Below are positions 1-9,311 of a stretch of 32,000 nucleotides of DNA, in pieces. Under the pieces are notes generated by a model. It saw only the letters and a list, made by a program, of their open reading frames with translations. It made no database searches and had not been told where the DNA came from. The stretch's first letter is position 1, and every line of letters begins with the position of its first letter. Source of the stretch: Paraliomyxa miuraensis (GTDB lineage Bacteria; Myxococcota_A; Polyangia; Nannocystales; Nannocystaceae); assembly GCF_026337845.1 (NCBI RefSeq), contig NZ_JAOVZF010000154.1, forward strand, positions 283,640 through 315,639, given 5' to 3'. Both the position numbers and the translations under genes were made by a program.

Positions 1-2
1 TG

Positions 3-380
3 ATCGTGCGGGACCAGGGCGAGGACGAGCCCGACCGGCTCTATCCGCTCAAGGGCCGGGGACTGGCGCTGCTGGGATTGGGCCAGCGAGGGCCGGCTGC
101 CGTGGCGCTGCGGCGAGCCTGGCAGCTCAGCTCGCCGAGCGTGCCCACCGAGCGCGGCGAGATCGCCGTGGGGCTCGCGCTCGCGCTCGAAGGTGACGAC
201 GAGACCGAGGCTCGGGCGCTGGCCAGGGAAGCGCGACGGCTGCTGTCCGACGAAGCGGGTGTGCAGAGGATGAAGGGGCTGCGACGAGCGCTGGGTGCGA
301 TCGCCGAGCCCTTCGACGAGATCCAGGGAACGAACGGTCCCGCGAGGGACGACGAGGAGCGAGACGATGGAGGATCGTAG
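3..380 (+). CDS. C-terminal fragment of a hypothetical protein (5' end outside window)
   Basis: The frame is open to the left window edge, with stop TAG at 378-380. GC3 is high. The sequence is Ala/Leu/Arg/Glu-rich and looks helical, with no recognisable catalytic motif. It overlaps the next gene's ATG by 14 nt. Confidence 0.4.
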   Translation: MVRDQGEDEPDRLYPLKGRGLALLGLGQRGPAAVALRRAWQLSSPSVPTERGEIAVGLALALEGDDETEARALAREARRLLSDEAGVQRMKGLRRALGAIAEPFDEIQGTNGPARDDEERDDGGS

Positions 381-1728
381 CATCGAGAGCGCGGGAACGA
401 AGCGACATGCCGCGTGGACCCTGGGATTGATGTGGGTGCTGGTGCTCGGAGCGTCGTGTGACGACGAATCCAAGGGCGATGCGGAGGCCGCCCCCTGTGA
501 CGCGCTCGAGTCCTGCAAGGGGATCGAGGGGCACTGCTTCGTGCTCGAGCCCGGCGGGGGGACGGAGCTCGATGCGGCGCAGCGCGGGTTCAGGGGTGCG
601 ACGGGCAAGGTCGTGGGCGATCTGAGGATTCGGCAGCCCGACGGCACCAACCCGTTCCCCTACTTCGAGGGCCCGGAAGGCGTCGGGTTCGATCTCGATG
701 CCAGCAAGACGACCGGGGTGTTCGAGTACGACGAGACCACGACGGGCGAGCTCCAGATCAAGGCATGCGTTGGTCTCGCCTCGACGACGAAGTGGGGCTG
801 GTGCTCGCTCGACGACGAGGGCAACCTCGTCGAGAAGTCCCATGACTCCGACGACTGTCGCGACAGCGAGAAGGTCACCAGCACCCTGAGCTTCCCTGCG
901 CTCGACGACGACGGGACGACCTATCGCCTGCGCATCTGGGGGGTCGGCAACGCAAACGGGAACGGCATCGCGATCGCGGGCGATCCGAAGATCAGGGCCA
1001 AGGGGGCCAGTCCCAACCCCACGCCCTCGTTTCCCCCGCCGATCCCCGTGTGCCCGGAGGAGTACGACTACTACGAGGGCTGCCTGGCGGGGCAGTATGA
1101 AGAGTCCAGGTGTCCGGTCGACGTGCAGGACTCGAAGATCGACTACCAGGTGGAGCGAGTGCCTCCCAAGCCCAACGTGAGTTCGCCGTTCTGGGTGTAC
1201 TACGACGCAGGACACGAGGCAGAGGACGATGGCAGCGAGAGCGTCACGGCCGCCGAGGACCTCCGCTCCCGAACGGCCCAGTCTCCCTCCGTCTTCGGCG
1301 ATCCGCTCCAGCTCAATCCCCTCACCGCCAAGTTCGTCCTGTCCGACTCGGATGCCGGTGGGCGGGACACGGCATTCATCTACGTGAGCACCCTTGCCAA
1401 CTACGACAATCGCATCACCGCGGTCCATCTCCTGCCCTCGGGGACCACCTGGAAGAGCGTCACGTACCGGAACACCAGCGATCCCGACGACTACACGAAC
1501 CTCTACGATTCCATGGCGAGATTCCTCAATTGCCTCAGCGGCGTGTCGCCCCTGGCCGCCCCACACGTGCAGGTCGCAGCCACCGACCGAGACGGCCAGC
1601 CCGCGACGGTCTCCGCATGGTTTCCCTACCCTCCCAGCCTCGACGACTCGAACTATCACACGTGCGCAACCCAGTCGAAGACGAGCGATGGCTTCGATGT
1701 GTTCTGCAGTGGCGGAAGCTGCTCATGA
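367..1728 (+). CDS. Secreted lipoprotein, unknown function
   Basis: ATG at 367. The N-terminus MEDRSIESAGTKRHAAWTLGLMWVLVLGAS|C has a signal peptide and a lipobox-like Cys. The mature part has normal protein-like composition (D/E/T/Y/W, scattered Cys) and high GC3. No family recognised. Alternative start at ATG 430. Confidence 0.7.
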   Translation: MEDRSIESAGTKRHAAWTLGLMWVLVLGASCDDESKGDAEAAPCDALESCKGIEGHCFVLEPGGGTELDAAQRGFRGATGKVVGDLRIRQPDGTNPFPYFEGPEGVGFDLDASKTTGVFEYDETTTGELQIKACVGLASTTKWGWCSLDDEGNLVEKSHDSDDCRDSEKVTSTLSFPALDDDGTTYRLRIWGVGNANGNGIAIAGDPKIRAKGASPNPTPSFPPPIPVCPEEYDYYEGCLAGQYEESRCPVDVQDSKIDYQVERVPPKPNVSSPFWVYYDAGHEAEDDGSESVTAAEDLRSRTAQSPSVFGDPLQLNPLTAKFVLSDSDAGGRDTAFIYVSTLANYDNRITAVHLLPSGTTWKSVTYRNTSDPDDYTNLYDSMARFLNCLSGVSPLAAPHVQVAATDRDGQPATVSAWFPYPPSLDDSNYHTCATQSKTSDGFDVFCSGGSCS

Positions 1729-1819
1729 GCATGGTCGGCGTCCCTCGGTGCCACGCGACGTCGCAGGCGCGACGGAACGTGGCGTGGGGCCACCTCGTGG
1801 CACGCGCGTCGTCATGCGC

Positions 1820-3409
1820 TCAGTCGTCGAGCGCCCCCGCCTCGATCCATACCCGCAGCTGCGCCACCAGCTCGTCGTCGAGCAGCTTGGGCGCGTTCTT
1901 GGGCATGTGCGAGACCACCACGCCGCTCGCCACGGTGGGCTCGCAGTCGGCCAGGAGATGGTAGAGCCAGCTGTTGTCCGGGTTGCCGGGATCCACCAGC
2001 GGCATGCCGGCCGGGGTCACCAGCGCGTGACCCAGCAGCTCCGCGTGTAGATCGGCCGCCGTCAGATCGAGCCCCGCCGCGCCGAGCGGACCGGGGCACG
2101 ACGAGAAGCTGCAGCCCGGCGCGAAGATCGTCTCCCTCAGGCTGCCGAGCGTGGCCGGGGCATCCGGCTCCGCGCTCGGATCGGCATCGTGGCACGGCGG
2201 GATCGGAGGCAGGCCCTGATCGGCGGGATCGATCGGCGGAAGGTAGAGCGGCGCGAGGATCTCCGGCTCCGTGGGCATCCCCTGCTCCGGGGCCTTGGGC
2301 AGCGCCAGGCCGATGCAAACCCCCTCGTACATGTGGATGCCGTCCACCACGTCGACGAGGTGGTTGCCCAGGTCGACCGAGGCTCCGATCACGTAGTCGG
2401 TCTCCACCAGCGCCAGCATCACGCACATCTCGCCGTCGCCGTTGCCCCACTCCACCGCGTTGGAGGTCCAGTTGTCGTAGCCGCAGGTCATCCGCAGACC
2501 CGTGGCGCCCGGCAGATCGAGCGGCGGATCGAACGTCATGCCGCTGGCGTCGGCGTCGAAGCCCTCGATCGAGAAGATCGACTGCCCGTCGAGCTCGCCG
2601 CCCACCACGGTCACGTCGAAGTGGTTCCCCAGGTAGTGATAGTGCGGCAGGATGTAGTGCACCCGCAGCCACAGCGGATCACCCGCCGACGTGATCGCAT
2701 ACGGAGTCGCCAGATTGCAGTCGGCGGTCACGCGCGACTCGGTCATCGGCGGCAGGTGCAGATCGTGGTACTGCATCGACACCGGGCTCACCACCGCGGT
2801 CACGTCGGCCGGGTGCAGCGGCTCGAGGCTGATCCACAGCCCAGACTCCTGCGCCCGCGGCGAGGCATTGAGCGTGTGCAGGCCCGCGACGATCTTGGCG
2901 CGCTCGGGGAGCTTGAGCACCGCCCCCGGCGCCAGTCGCTGCTCCTCCACGTAGCTCTGGGTGGACTGGGCGAACAGCACGGTGCCCTTGGTGGCCGCGT
3001 CGAGCTCGTTGAAGCCGCGCTCGTCGCAGGGCCAGTAGCCATCGGGGCCCGGGTACACGTCCTCGGGTACGACGAACCAGTTGCTGTGATGAAAGCCGCC
3101 CTCGTTGCTCGCCAGCACCGCCTGCGCGTACACGGGCCGCGCGTTGCCGACCGTCCACGACACGCAGCGGGAGGCATCGTCGTCCCAGGCCGGCATCGCG
3201 AGCGGGCCGAAGGCGTGGGTGATCCAGAAGCGCTCGTCGTCGGGCTCGTCGGGAGGAAGGTCGCCCGTGGAGGGCCCGGCGGTGTCGTCGACCACCTGCC
3301 CCGTGGAGGTGGTGCCGTCCGCCTCGCCCGTGCTGGTGCCGTCGGCGGACGACGCGGGGGCGGGCGCTCGCTGGCAGCTCAGCAGCACGGCGGCCGCACC
3401 GATCATCAT
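1820..3409 (-). CDS. Lipoprotein with PHM/DBH-like copper type II monooxygenase fold and a C-terminal PSCyt1-like domain
   Basis: ATG-ATG at 3409/3406, preceded by GAGGG. Signal MMIGAAAVLLS|C with a lipobox. Motifs are GGFHHSNWF, AGLHTLN, PHYHYLGNHF and GDGEMCVML, which reproduce the PHM pattern HH...H / HxH...M. The C-terminal ~100 aa (CSFSSCPG...NSWLYHLL...HMPK...WIEAGALDD) resembles the planctomycete-cytochrome-like domain. Alternative starts at GTG 3430 and ATG 3523. Confidence 0.8.
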   Translation of the reverse strand: MMIGAAAVLLSCQRAPAPASSADGTSTGEADGTTSTGQVVDDTAGPSTGDLPPDEPDDERFWITHAFGPLAMPAWDDDASRCVSWTVGNARPVYAQAVLASNEGGFHHSNWFVVPEDVYPGPDGYWPCDERGFNELDAATKGTVLFAQSTQSYVEEQRLAPGAVLKLPERAKIVAGLHTLNASPRAQESGLWISLEPLHPADVTAVVSPVSMQYHDLHLPPMTESRVTADCNLATPYAITSAGDPLWLRVHYILPHYHYLGNHFDVTVVGGELDGQSIFSIEGFDADASGMTFDPPLDLPGATGLRMTCGYDNWTSNAVEWGNGDGEMCVMLALVETDYVIGASVDLGNHLVDVVDGIHMYEGVCIGLALPKAPEQGMPTEPEILAPLYLPPIDPADQGLPPIPPCHDADPSAEPDAPATLGSLRETIFAPGCSFSSCPGPLGAAGLDLTAADLHAELLGHALVTPAGMPLVDPGNPDNSWLYHLLADCEPTVASGVVVSHMPKNAPKLLDDELVAQLRVWIEAGALDD

Positions 3410-3729
3410 TCCAGCCCTCGATCCATGCACGATCACGGCATCCACCTCCAATGCCCCCGGCGTCGATCCGTGCGACGACCGCGGTGGTCCTTCGATGATA
3501 GCGTTCTCGAGATCACGCTCCATCGCTCGGGCGCGAACCGGCGCGAGAACGACGTCTTGGTCGCCACGATGGAGATGCGTGGCCCGACCCGCGGCAGCGT
3601 CGGGGCCGCCACCCACGGGGTGCCACGACCAAGCTCGGCCCACCTTCCACCCGTACACGGAAAGTCGAGCACGAGGTGGGACATCATGTAGACTTCTTCG
3701 GTGCGCTCTAACGCTTGGCGTGCGGCCGC

Positions 3730-4323
3730 TCATTCGTCGGTGGCAGGACCGGTGTTGGGCGGGACGGGAGTGTCGGACCTGCACTCGCCGGCCACTGTCA
3801 CGAGGCGCCTGAACCAGGCATCGAGTTCTACCCGCCACGGATCGGGGTCCGCGTACCGCACGGTGCCGGCATTGGTCGCGTAGCCGACGGTGTAGTCGTA
3901 GCCCGACAGGTCGCCGTCCGGGCGGGTAATCGGCGGCGGCGGCGATTCCAGCGTGGCATCCTGCGCCAGCCGTCGCAGCCAGGGGTCGACGTCCTCGGGC
4001 GCGAGCACGGCGGTACAGGTCTGCACGGTGTCTTGCGCACCGTCCGACCAAGTGTGCTCCCTGGTCAACGTGCGATCGGCGTGAATCTCGACGCTCCAGA
4101 ATTCCCCCTCGTCGGCGGCGGGGTTGCTGACGTCGAGCAGGATCTGCGGATACGGTTGCGATGGGCCTGGCTCGGGTGGCTGCGAGTCGGAGCTGGGCGC
4201 TTGCCCGCCCGCCGCCGGGGCCCGAGCCGGCGACTTGGGGGTGGCACAGGACGTGATGACCACGGCCGAGACGAGCAATCGCGCCGAGACCCGGGAGTCA
4301 CGCAGGTAGAGAGCACCGAACAT
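3730..4323 (-). CDS. Lipoprotein, unknown function
   Basis: ATG at 4323 (GTG at 4329 also possible). Signal MFGALYLRDSRVSARLLVSAVVITS|C. A Pro/Ser-rich linker is followed by a globular-looking W/Y/D-rich domain. The overlapping plus-strand ORF 3715..5595 is Arg/Pro-rich shadow. Confidence 0.65.
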   Translation of the reverse strand: MFGALYLRDSRVSARLLVSAVVITSCATPKSPARAPAAGGQAPSSDSQPPEPGPSQPYPQILLDVSNPAADEGEFWSVEIHADRTLTREHTWSDGAQDTVQTCTAVLAPEDVDPWLRRLAQDATLESPPPPITRPDGDLSGYDYTVGYATNAGTVRYADPDPWRVELDAWFRRLVTVAGECRSDTPVPPNTGPATDE

Positions 4324-4389
4324 TGCCACATGCTATCGCAGCCCGACGCGGAGAGCTGCGAATGCCCGAGCGTGAGGCCGCGCTCGCGG

Positions 4390-5064
4390 CTACCCGTCCT
4401 CGCTCGCCGAGCGCTCGCCCAGCTTCTCGCGCAGCGCCATCGCCCACCGATCCAGATCTCCCGCCGTCGACTCGCGCAGCGCCTGCGGCACCGCCTCGGC
4501 GTGCTCGATCTGCTCCCGCACCAGCCGACGCGCGCGGTGCAGCCGGCTCTTGACCGTACCCGGGGGGATCCCCACCACCACCGCGATGTCCTCCACCCGC
4601 ATCTCTTCCCAATAGTGCAGCTCCACCGCGATCTGCAGATCCACCGGAATGTGCCGCAGTGCGTGCAGCACCAGCCGCTGCTCGTCCTTGCCCGCCACCT
4701 CCAGCGAGGGCGAGCCCAGCACGTCGGCCACCGAGGTCTCGAGCTCCACCACCGGCTTGTCCTTGCGCGCGTGCTTGCGCAGGTGCATCAGCAGCTGCGT
4801 CCGCGCGATCGCCAGCAGGTAGGTCTTGAAGCTCGCCTCCCCACGAAAGCGGTGCACCCCGTCGGCGCACGCGAGCATCGTCTGCTGCACGAGATCCTCC
4901 ACCCCGTGACCGACCTTGGAGCGGAAGAACCGAAACAGCGTGCGAAAGTGCCGACGCAGCAGCCGCGATCCCGCGTCGTTGTCCCCCGCCCGCCAGGCCT
5001 GCAGCAGCTGCACGTCGTCTTGCACGCGATCGCCACGGTACCAACGCCCGGGCCCATCGGCCAT
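4390..5064 (-). CDS. RNA polymerase sigma-70 family ECF sigma factor
   Basis: Region 2: DLVQQTMLACADGVHRFRGEASFKTYLLAIARTQLL. Region 4: VELHYWEEMRVEDIAVVVGIPPGTVKSRLHRARRLV. ATG at 5064 lies inside a 13-bp repeat. There is a ~35 aa C-terminal tail after region 4. Confidence 0.9.
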   Translation of the reverse strand: MADGPGRWYRGDRVQDDVQLLQAWRAGDNDAGSRLLRRHFRTLFRFFRSKVGHGVEDLVQQTMLACADGVHRFRGEASFKTYLLAIARTQLLMHLRKHARKDKPVVELETSVADVLGSPSLEVAGKDEQRLVLHALRHIPVDLQIAVELHYWEEMRVEDIAVVVGIPPGTVKSRLHRARRLVREQIEHAEAVPQALRESTAGDLDRWAMALREKLGERSASEDG

Positions 5065-5106
5065 CACCACCGCCCATCACCACCGCCCATCACCACCGCC
5101 CATCAC
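5062..5106. repeat. 13-bp direct tandem repeat catcaccaccgcc x3 plus a 6-nt partial copy
   Basis: Exact copies at 5062-5074, 5075-5087 and 5088-5100, and a partial copy at 5101-5106. The repeat contains the kinase stop codon (TGA, 5092..5090) and the sigma ATG (5064..5062). Confidence 0.95.
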
Positions 5107-8100
5107 GGCGCTTGGGCCCGTCCTCCAGGCAGAACAGGTGGCGATCGTGCCCGGCCACGAACACCTCCGCGCGCCCGTCCCCGTCCACGTCGGCCACCAC
5201 CGGCGAGGCCTCGACCTCCTCGCGACCGGTCTGGAACCGCCACCGCAGCGCGCCATCTCGCGCGTCCACCACGTGCAGCGATCCGTCCTCGAAGCCCGCC
5301 ACCACCTCGGCCGCCCCGTCGCCGTCGAGATCCGCCACCACCGGCGAGCCGGCCGCCGCAGGCTGCAGCCCGTCGACGTCGCGAAAGCCATACTCCCAGC
5401 GCACCCCACCGTCGCCGGACAGGCCCACGATCCCCCGCGAGGCGCTCGACAGCAGCACCTCGGGCCGGCCATCGCCGTCCACGTCGAGCACCTCCGGTCG
5501 CGCACGCCGGGTCGCCACCCCGGGCCAGCGCGCGTGCTCCCGACCGTCGCGTCCCCGCAGCACCACCAGCGGGTCGTCGTCCATGTGCGGCGTGACGAGG
5601 AGCTCCGGCGCCCCGTCGCCATCGAGATCGGCCACCGTCGGCTGGAAGTTGAGCCGCCCACCGGTCTGCGTGGCCCAGCGCTCCTGACCCGTCGACGACA
5701 GGCAGATCACGCGACCATCGAGCGAGGCCACCACCACCTCGGCCTCCCCGTCGCCGTCCACGTCGCCCACCCAGGGCGCTCCAAAGGCCCCCAGCGGGCC
5801 GAGTGCGGCCGACCAGCGCAGCGCGAGCGACTCGCCGTCGAGCACGTGCACCTGCCCTGGATCCTCCCAGGTCGCCACCACCACCTCGGGTCGTCCGTCG
5901 CCGTCCACGTCGCCCACGGTGGGGCTGGCGTAGGCCTCGCCGGACTCGAACCGCCCCACGAGCGCGGCATCGGAGCCGCGAAAGCGACGGACGCCGCCCG
6001 AGCCCATCGCCAGCAGATCGAAGCCGCGGCCCCGGGGCAGCAGCGCCGGCGGGCGGATCACGATCGGCGTGTCCCCCGGCGCGCTCGAGGCCCGAAGCTC
6101 CCCCGTGCGCGCATCGACCAGCTCGAGCCGATTGGCATCATCGAGCGGGCCGAACAGCGCCAGCTCGAGGGCTCCATCGCCGTCGAGGTCGGCCACCACC
6201 GGCGTGGCCCGGATCGCATCGAGCGGGCGTCGGTCCCAGCGCACCTTGGGCCCCACCACCACGGCGGGACCGCGCGCTTCCATCAACAGATCCACGAACC
6301 CATCGCGGTTGGCGTCACGACTGGCTTCGATCGCGCTGACCGGAATCCGCAGCGGCACCGCCCCCAGCGGGCGGGCGTCCAGGTCGAACGCGCGCAGCAC
6401 TCCATCGCGGGTGCCGAGCACGAGATCGTCGCGCCCGTCGCCGTCCCAGTCGGCCACCACCACCGGTGAGCTGCCGCCAGCCTCGAGCTCGCCACGCGCA
6501 TGCACGGCACCAGAGGCCGCATCGAGCAGCTCGAGCGCGTGCACGCCGTCCATCGCCGAGACCGTGGCCACCAGCGGCCGCGGTCGCGCGCGCAGCAACC
6601 ATGCCGCCGCGCCACCGGGGCCTCCGGTGCCGTACGGTCGGGTCCAGCGGACCTCGCCACCGCGACCGGACAACAGCCCCATCGTCCCGGACCCATCCCC
6701 GCCGCGCCTCCCCGTCAGCAGCACATCGTCGGCACCATCGCCATCCACGTCGACCAGCGCCTCGGACGACACCACGGCCAGCCCATCGAGCGGATGCCGC
6801 CAGCGCTCGCGACCGTCGACCCCGCCCAGCGCCACCAACGACCACCGGCCGGCATCCTCCGCACCGGCCTCGCCCTCGCTCACCGGCACCAGCAGATCCT
6901 GGCCGGGAACCTCGTCGATGCGAGCCGTGCCCACCCAGCCGTGGGCCTGCTCCTGGGCCCGCGAGAGCGCCTTCACCCGCTCGGGGTCGGGCTGCAGCGG
7001 CCCCTCGTCGCCAGCGACCACCGGCAGCGGCGTCGACCAGCGCAGCGTTCCTTCGGCCGACAGCCCATGCACTCCGTGCAAGCCCACCACACCGAGCGCC
7101 GGCGCGGACCCGTCGGCGGACCCTTCCAGCGTCACCACCGTGAGCGGCTGATCATCGGCCATCGCCCACGACCAGCGCTGCGAGCCCTCGCGACCATGCA
7201 GCGCCACCACCTCGCCAGGTCGCAGCCCCGCCACCACCACCGTTGCCTCGCCGCCCTCCGCCGCCGGCAGACACACCACCTCGCCCAGCCCCAGCCCCAA
7301 CCCCGGCTCCGTCCGGCCCGCCCACGACTCATCGATCGCCACCCGCGGCTCGGGACGGCGCGAGCGCGAGGCACCATCGAAGATCCGAAGTCCCGCCGAC
7401 GCCTCGTCCTGGTGCAGCGCAATCACGTCGCGCACCCCGTCGCCATCCACGTCGCACAGCCGATAGCGAGCGCTCGGCGACAGCGCCACCCGCCACAGCT
7501 CGCGATCGTTCCAGGGGTCGTAGGCGGTCAGCAGCAAGAAGCGCCGCTGCACCAGATCGTCGAGGCCGTCACCGTTGGCATCGCCCAGCCACCGCGCCTC
7601 GAGCCCCGCCCCCGACGCCGGCCGCGACCACCAAAGCGCCTTGCGCAGCGACACGAACCCGCGGCGGGTCTCCCCCGCCCGCACCGTCCACTGCAGGCGC
7701 TCGTCCACGTAGCCCTCGTGCCGCAGCAGCAGCTCGTGCACGCCCGTGTCGACGGCCAGCCCCTGCAGGCGCGAGCCATAGTCGACCCCGTCCACCAGCA
7801 CGTGCCCCCCCGAGGGCTCGAGCTCGAGCTCGAACGTGCCCTGCTCGTGGCGCAGCTCCACCGCGAACTCGTGCACGCCTCCCCGCTGCACGTCGACCAC
7901 CGCCTCGGTCGGCTCGTGGTCGGGCGCCGTCACCCGCACGCGGTGCAGACCCACCGCCACCTCGCCCCGTCCGTTCGTCAGCACCTGGTCGTCCACGGTC
8001 ACCGAGGCACCGGGCACCGGCTGGCCGCCCGACACCGCGCTCACCATCACCTGGCCGGGACGCGTGGCCACGTAGGCCGCATAGGCCAGCGCCGCCACGC

Positions 8101-9268
8101 CCACCGGCACCGCGGCCCGCGTCACGAAGCGACGCACGCGACGCGCCGGATCGGCTCGCAGCGCCCGCAGCAGCTCGTGCATGCTCCCGTGACGCTGCGC
8201 GGGATCGGTCTGCAGCCCCCGCAGCACCACCCGCTGCACCCAGGCCGGCACGCGCGTATCATCGGGAACCGGCCGCGGTCGACCGGCGCTCTTGGAGACG
8301 AGCAGCTCGTCCACATCGCGCCCCTCGAACGCATGCCGCCCGTAGAGCGCCCGGTAGAGCGACGCACAGAACGCGAACTGATCCGCCTTTCGATCGGCCG
8401 CCTCACCACGGTGCTGCTCGGGCGCCATGTAGGCGGGCGTGCCGAGCAGCATGCCGGTTCGCGTGAGGCGATCGAGCGCCTCGGAGACCTCGAACGAGCC
8501 GTTCCCCGTGGACGTCGGCGAGCCCGGCTCCCACGAGCCCGGCTCGAACGAGCCCTCGCTCGCCCCGTAGGTCAGCGCCAGCCCGAAGTCCACCACCTTC
8601 ACCGAGCCGTCGTCGCCCACGAGCACGTTGCTCGGCTTGAAGTCGCGGTGCACCACGCCCGCCGCGTGCGCGGCCGCGAGCCCCTCGCCGGCCGCGAGGA
8701 ACCGCTCCACGATCTCGCGCCAGCCGGGGCGCTCGCGCTCGAGCCAGGCGCCGAGGTCGTGGCCCTCGACCAGCTCCATCACGATGAACACGCCCGCGCC
8801 CGTCCCCTGGGCGCCGCCTGGCTCGAGCCCCTCGCACGCCCCCGGCTCGAGCGATCCAGCCGAGTACGTACCCACGTCGTACACCGCGATCACGTTGGGG
8901 TGCGACAGGCGGGCGATCGACTGCGCCTCGCGAACGAAGCGCGCCCTGGCCCGGGCCACCGCGTCGGCCTCGCGCCACCCCGACCGGAGCACCTTGATCG
9001 CCACGCGGCGGGCGAGCTCGGGATCATAGCCGTCGTAGACCACCCCCGCCCCGCCCGACCCCAGCGGCCGCAGCAGCAGGTAGCGCGACAGTCGAACCGG
9101 GTCCCGCACCCGCGAGAACAGCCGCGCCTCGATCTGGGCCAGCGCCTGCCGCTCCTCGAGAACGTCCCACTCGTCCGCCCCGTCGAGGGCCCCATCGATG
9201 GCATGTCCGAGGCTGTCGACCGTCTGCACGGTCGCCTCGGGATCCGGCGTGGGTCGATCCACCGGCAC
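5090..9268 (-). CDS. Transmembrane Hanks-type Ser/Thr protein kinase with PEGA-like and FG-GAP/VCBS beta-propeller ectodomain
   Basis: Kinase motifs: GSGGAGVVY, VAIKVL, HPNVIAVYD, VHRDFKPSNVLV, VVDFGLA, GTPAYMAPEQ. TM segment AAVPVGVAALAYAAYVA. Two PEGA-like segments follow. There are at least 12 D-x-D-G-D-G repeats, enough for two propellers. The start is uncertain. GTG 9268 has GGTGGG 9 nt upstream. ATG 9313 would share a CATG with the divergent gene. Confidence 0.9.
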   Translation of the reverse strand: MPVDRPTPDPEATVQTVDSLGHAIDGALDGADEWDVLEERQALAQIEARLFSRVRDPVRLSRYLLLRPLGSGGAGVVYDGYDPELARRVAIKVLRSGWREADAVARARARFVREAQSIARLSHPNVIAVYDVGTYSAGSLEPGACEGLEPGGAQGTGAGVFIVMELVEGHDLGAWLERERPGWREIVERFLAAGEGLAAAHAAGVVHRDFKPSNVLVGDDGSVKVVDFGLALTYGASEGSFEPGSWEPGSPTSTGNGSFEVSEALDRLTRTGMLLGTPAYMAPEQHRGEAADRKADQFAFCASLYRALYGRHAFEGRDVDELLVSKSAGRPRPVPDDTRVPAWVQRVVLRGLQTDPAQRHGSMHELLRALRADPARRVRRFVTRAAVPVGVAALAYAAYVATRPGQVMVSAVSGGQPVPGASVTVDDQVLTNGRGEVAVGLHRVRVTAPDHEPTEAVVDVQRGGVHEFAVELRHEQGTFELELEPSGGHVLVDGVDYGSRLQGLAVDTGVHELLLRHEGYVDERLQWTVRAGETRRGFVSLRKALWWSRPASGAGLEARWLGDANGDGLDDLVQRRFLLLTAYDPWNDRELWRVALSPSARYRLCDVDGDGVRDVIALHQDEASAGLRIFDGASRSRRPEPRVAIDESWAGRTEPGLGLGLGEVVCLPAAEGGEATVVVAGLRPGEVVALHGREGSQRWSWAMADDQPLTVVTLEGSADGSAPALGVVGLHGVHGLSAEGTLRWSTPLPVVAGDEGPLQPDPERVKALSRAQEQAHGWVGTARIDEVPGQDLLVPVSEGEAGAEDAGRWSLVALGGVDGRERWRHPLDGLAVVSSEALVDVDGDGADDVLLTGRRGGDGSGTMGLLSGRGGEVRWTRPYGTGGPGGAAAWLLRARPRPLVATVSAMDGVHALELLDAASGAVHARGELEAGGSSPVVVADWDGDGRDDLVLGTRDGVLRAFDLDARPLGAVPLRIPVSAIEASRDANRDGFVDLLMEARGPAVVVGPKVRWDRRPLDAIRATPVVADLDGDGALELALFGPLDDANRLELVDARTGELRASSAPGDTPIVIRPPALLPRGRGFDLLAMGSGGVRRFRGSDAALVGRFESGEAYASPTVGDVDGDGRPEVVVATWEDPGQVHVLDGESLALRWSAALGPLGAFGAPWVGDVDGDGEAEVVVASLDGRVICLSSTGQERWATQTGGRLNFQPTVADLDGDGAPELLVTPHMDDDPLVVLRGRDGREHARWPGVATRRARPEVLDVDGDGRPEVLLSSASRGIVGLSGDGGVRWEYGFRDVDGLQPAAAGSPVVADLDGDGAAEVVAGFEDGSLHVVDARDGALRWRFQTGREEVEASPVVADVDGDGRAEVFVAGHDRHLFCLEDGPKRRDGRW

Positions 9269-9311
9269 GGCGTCGCGCCCACCGTTGTACCACGCGGCTA
9301 TGCTCCACCGC

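Noticed and set aside
127-1659. Long antisense ORFs throughout the window. Examples: 127..1659(-), 2189..3691(+), 3715..5595(+), 6500..9877(+), 9024..11240(-), 11252..13984(-), 14513..16342(+), 16402..17838(-), 18361..20949(+, upstream part), 19699..21138(-), 23675..24763(-), 28283..30550(-).
   Set aside because: Their translations are dominated by Arg/Pro/Gly/Ala/His runs with no motifs. They lie opposite or out of frame to genes with clear catalytic motifs or signal peptides. Such shadow ORFs are expected in DNA of about 70% GC.
1789-1801. Small hairpins between convergent or neighbouring genes that could be terminators: GCCAC-ctc-GTGGC here, CCGGCG-N9-CGCCGG at 13882-13902, TTCGCC-cacg-GGCGAA at 25213-25228, and gctgagcg/cgctcagc at 25908-25953.
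   Set aside because: The stems are only 5-8 bp, some loops are very large, and no U-tracts follow. These are indistinguishable from chance in GC-rich DNA.
3625-3648. ECF-like promoter candidate on the minus strand upstream of the monooxygenase gene: GGAAG, 16 nt, then CGT.
   Set aside because: It is only a loose match to generic ECF -35/-10 elements, and such matches are frequent in GC-rich DNA. The consensus for this sigma group is unknown to me.
5062-5106. Considered whether the short tandem repeats (13 bp here, 7 bp at 27802, 9 bp at 27455) could be CRISPR-like.
   Set aside because: The units are directly adjacent with no spacers and are far shorter than CRISPR repeats. No cas genes are present.
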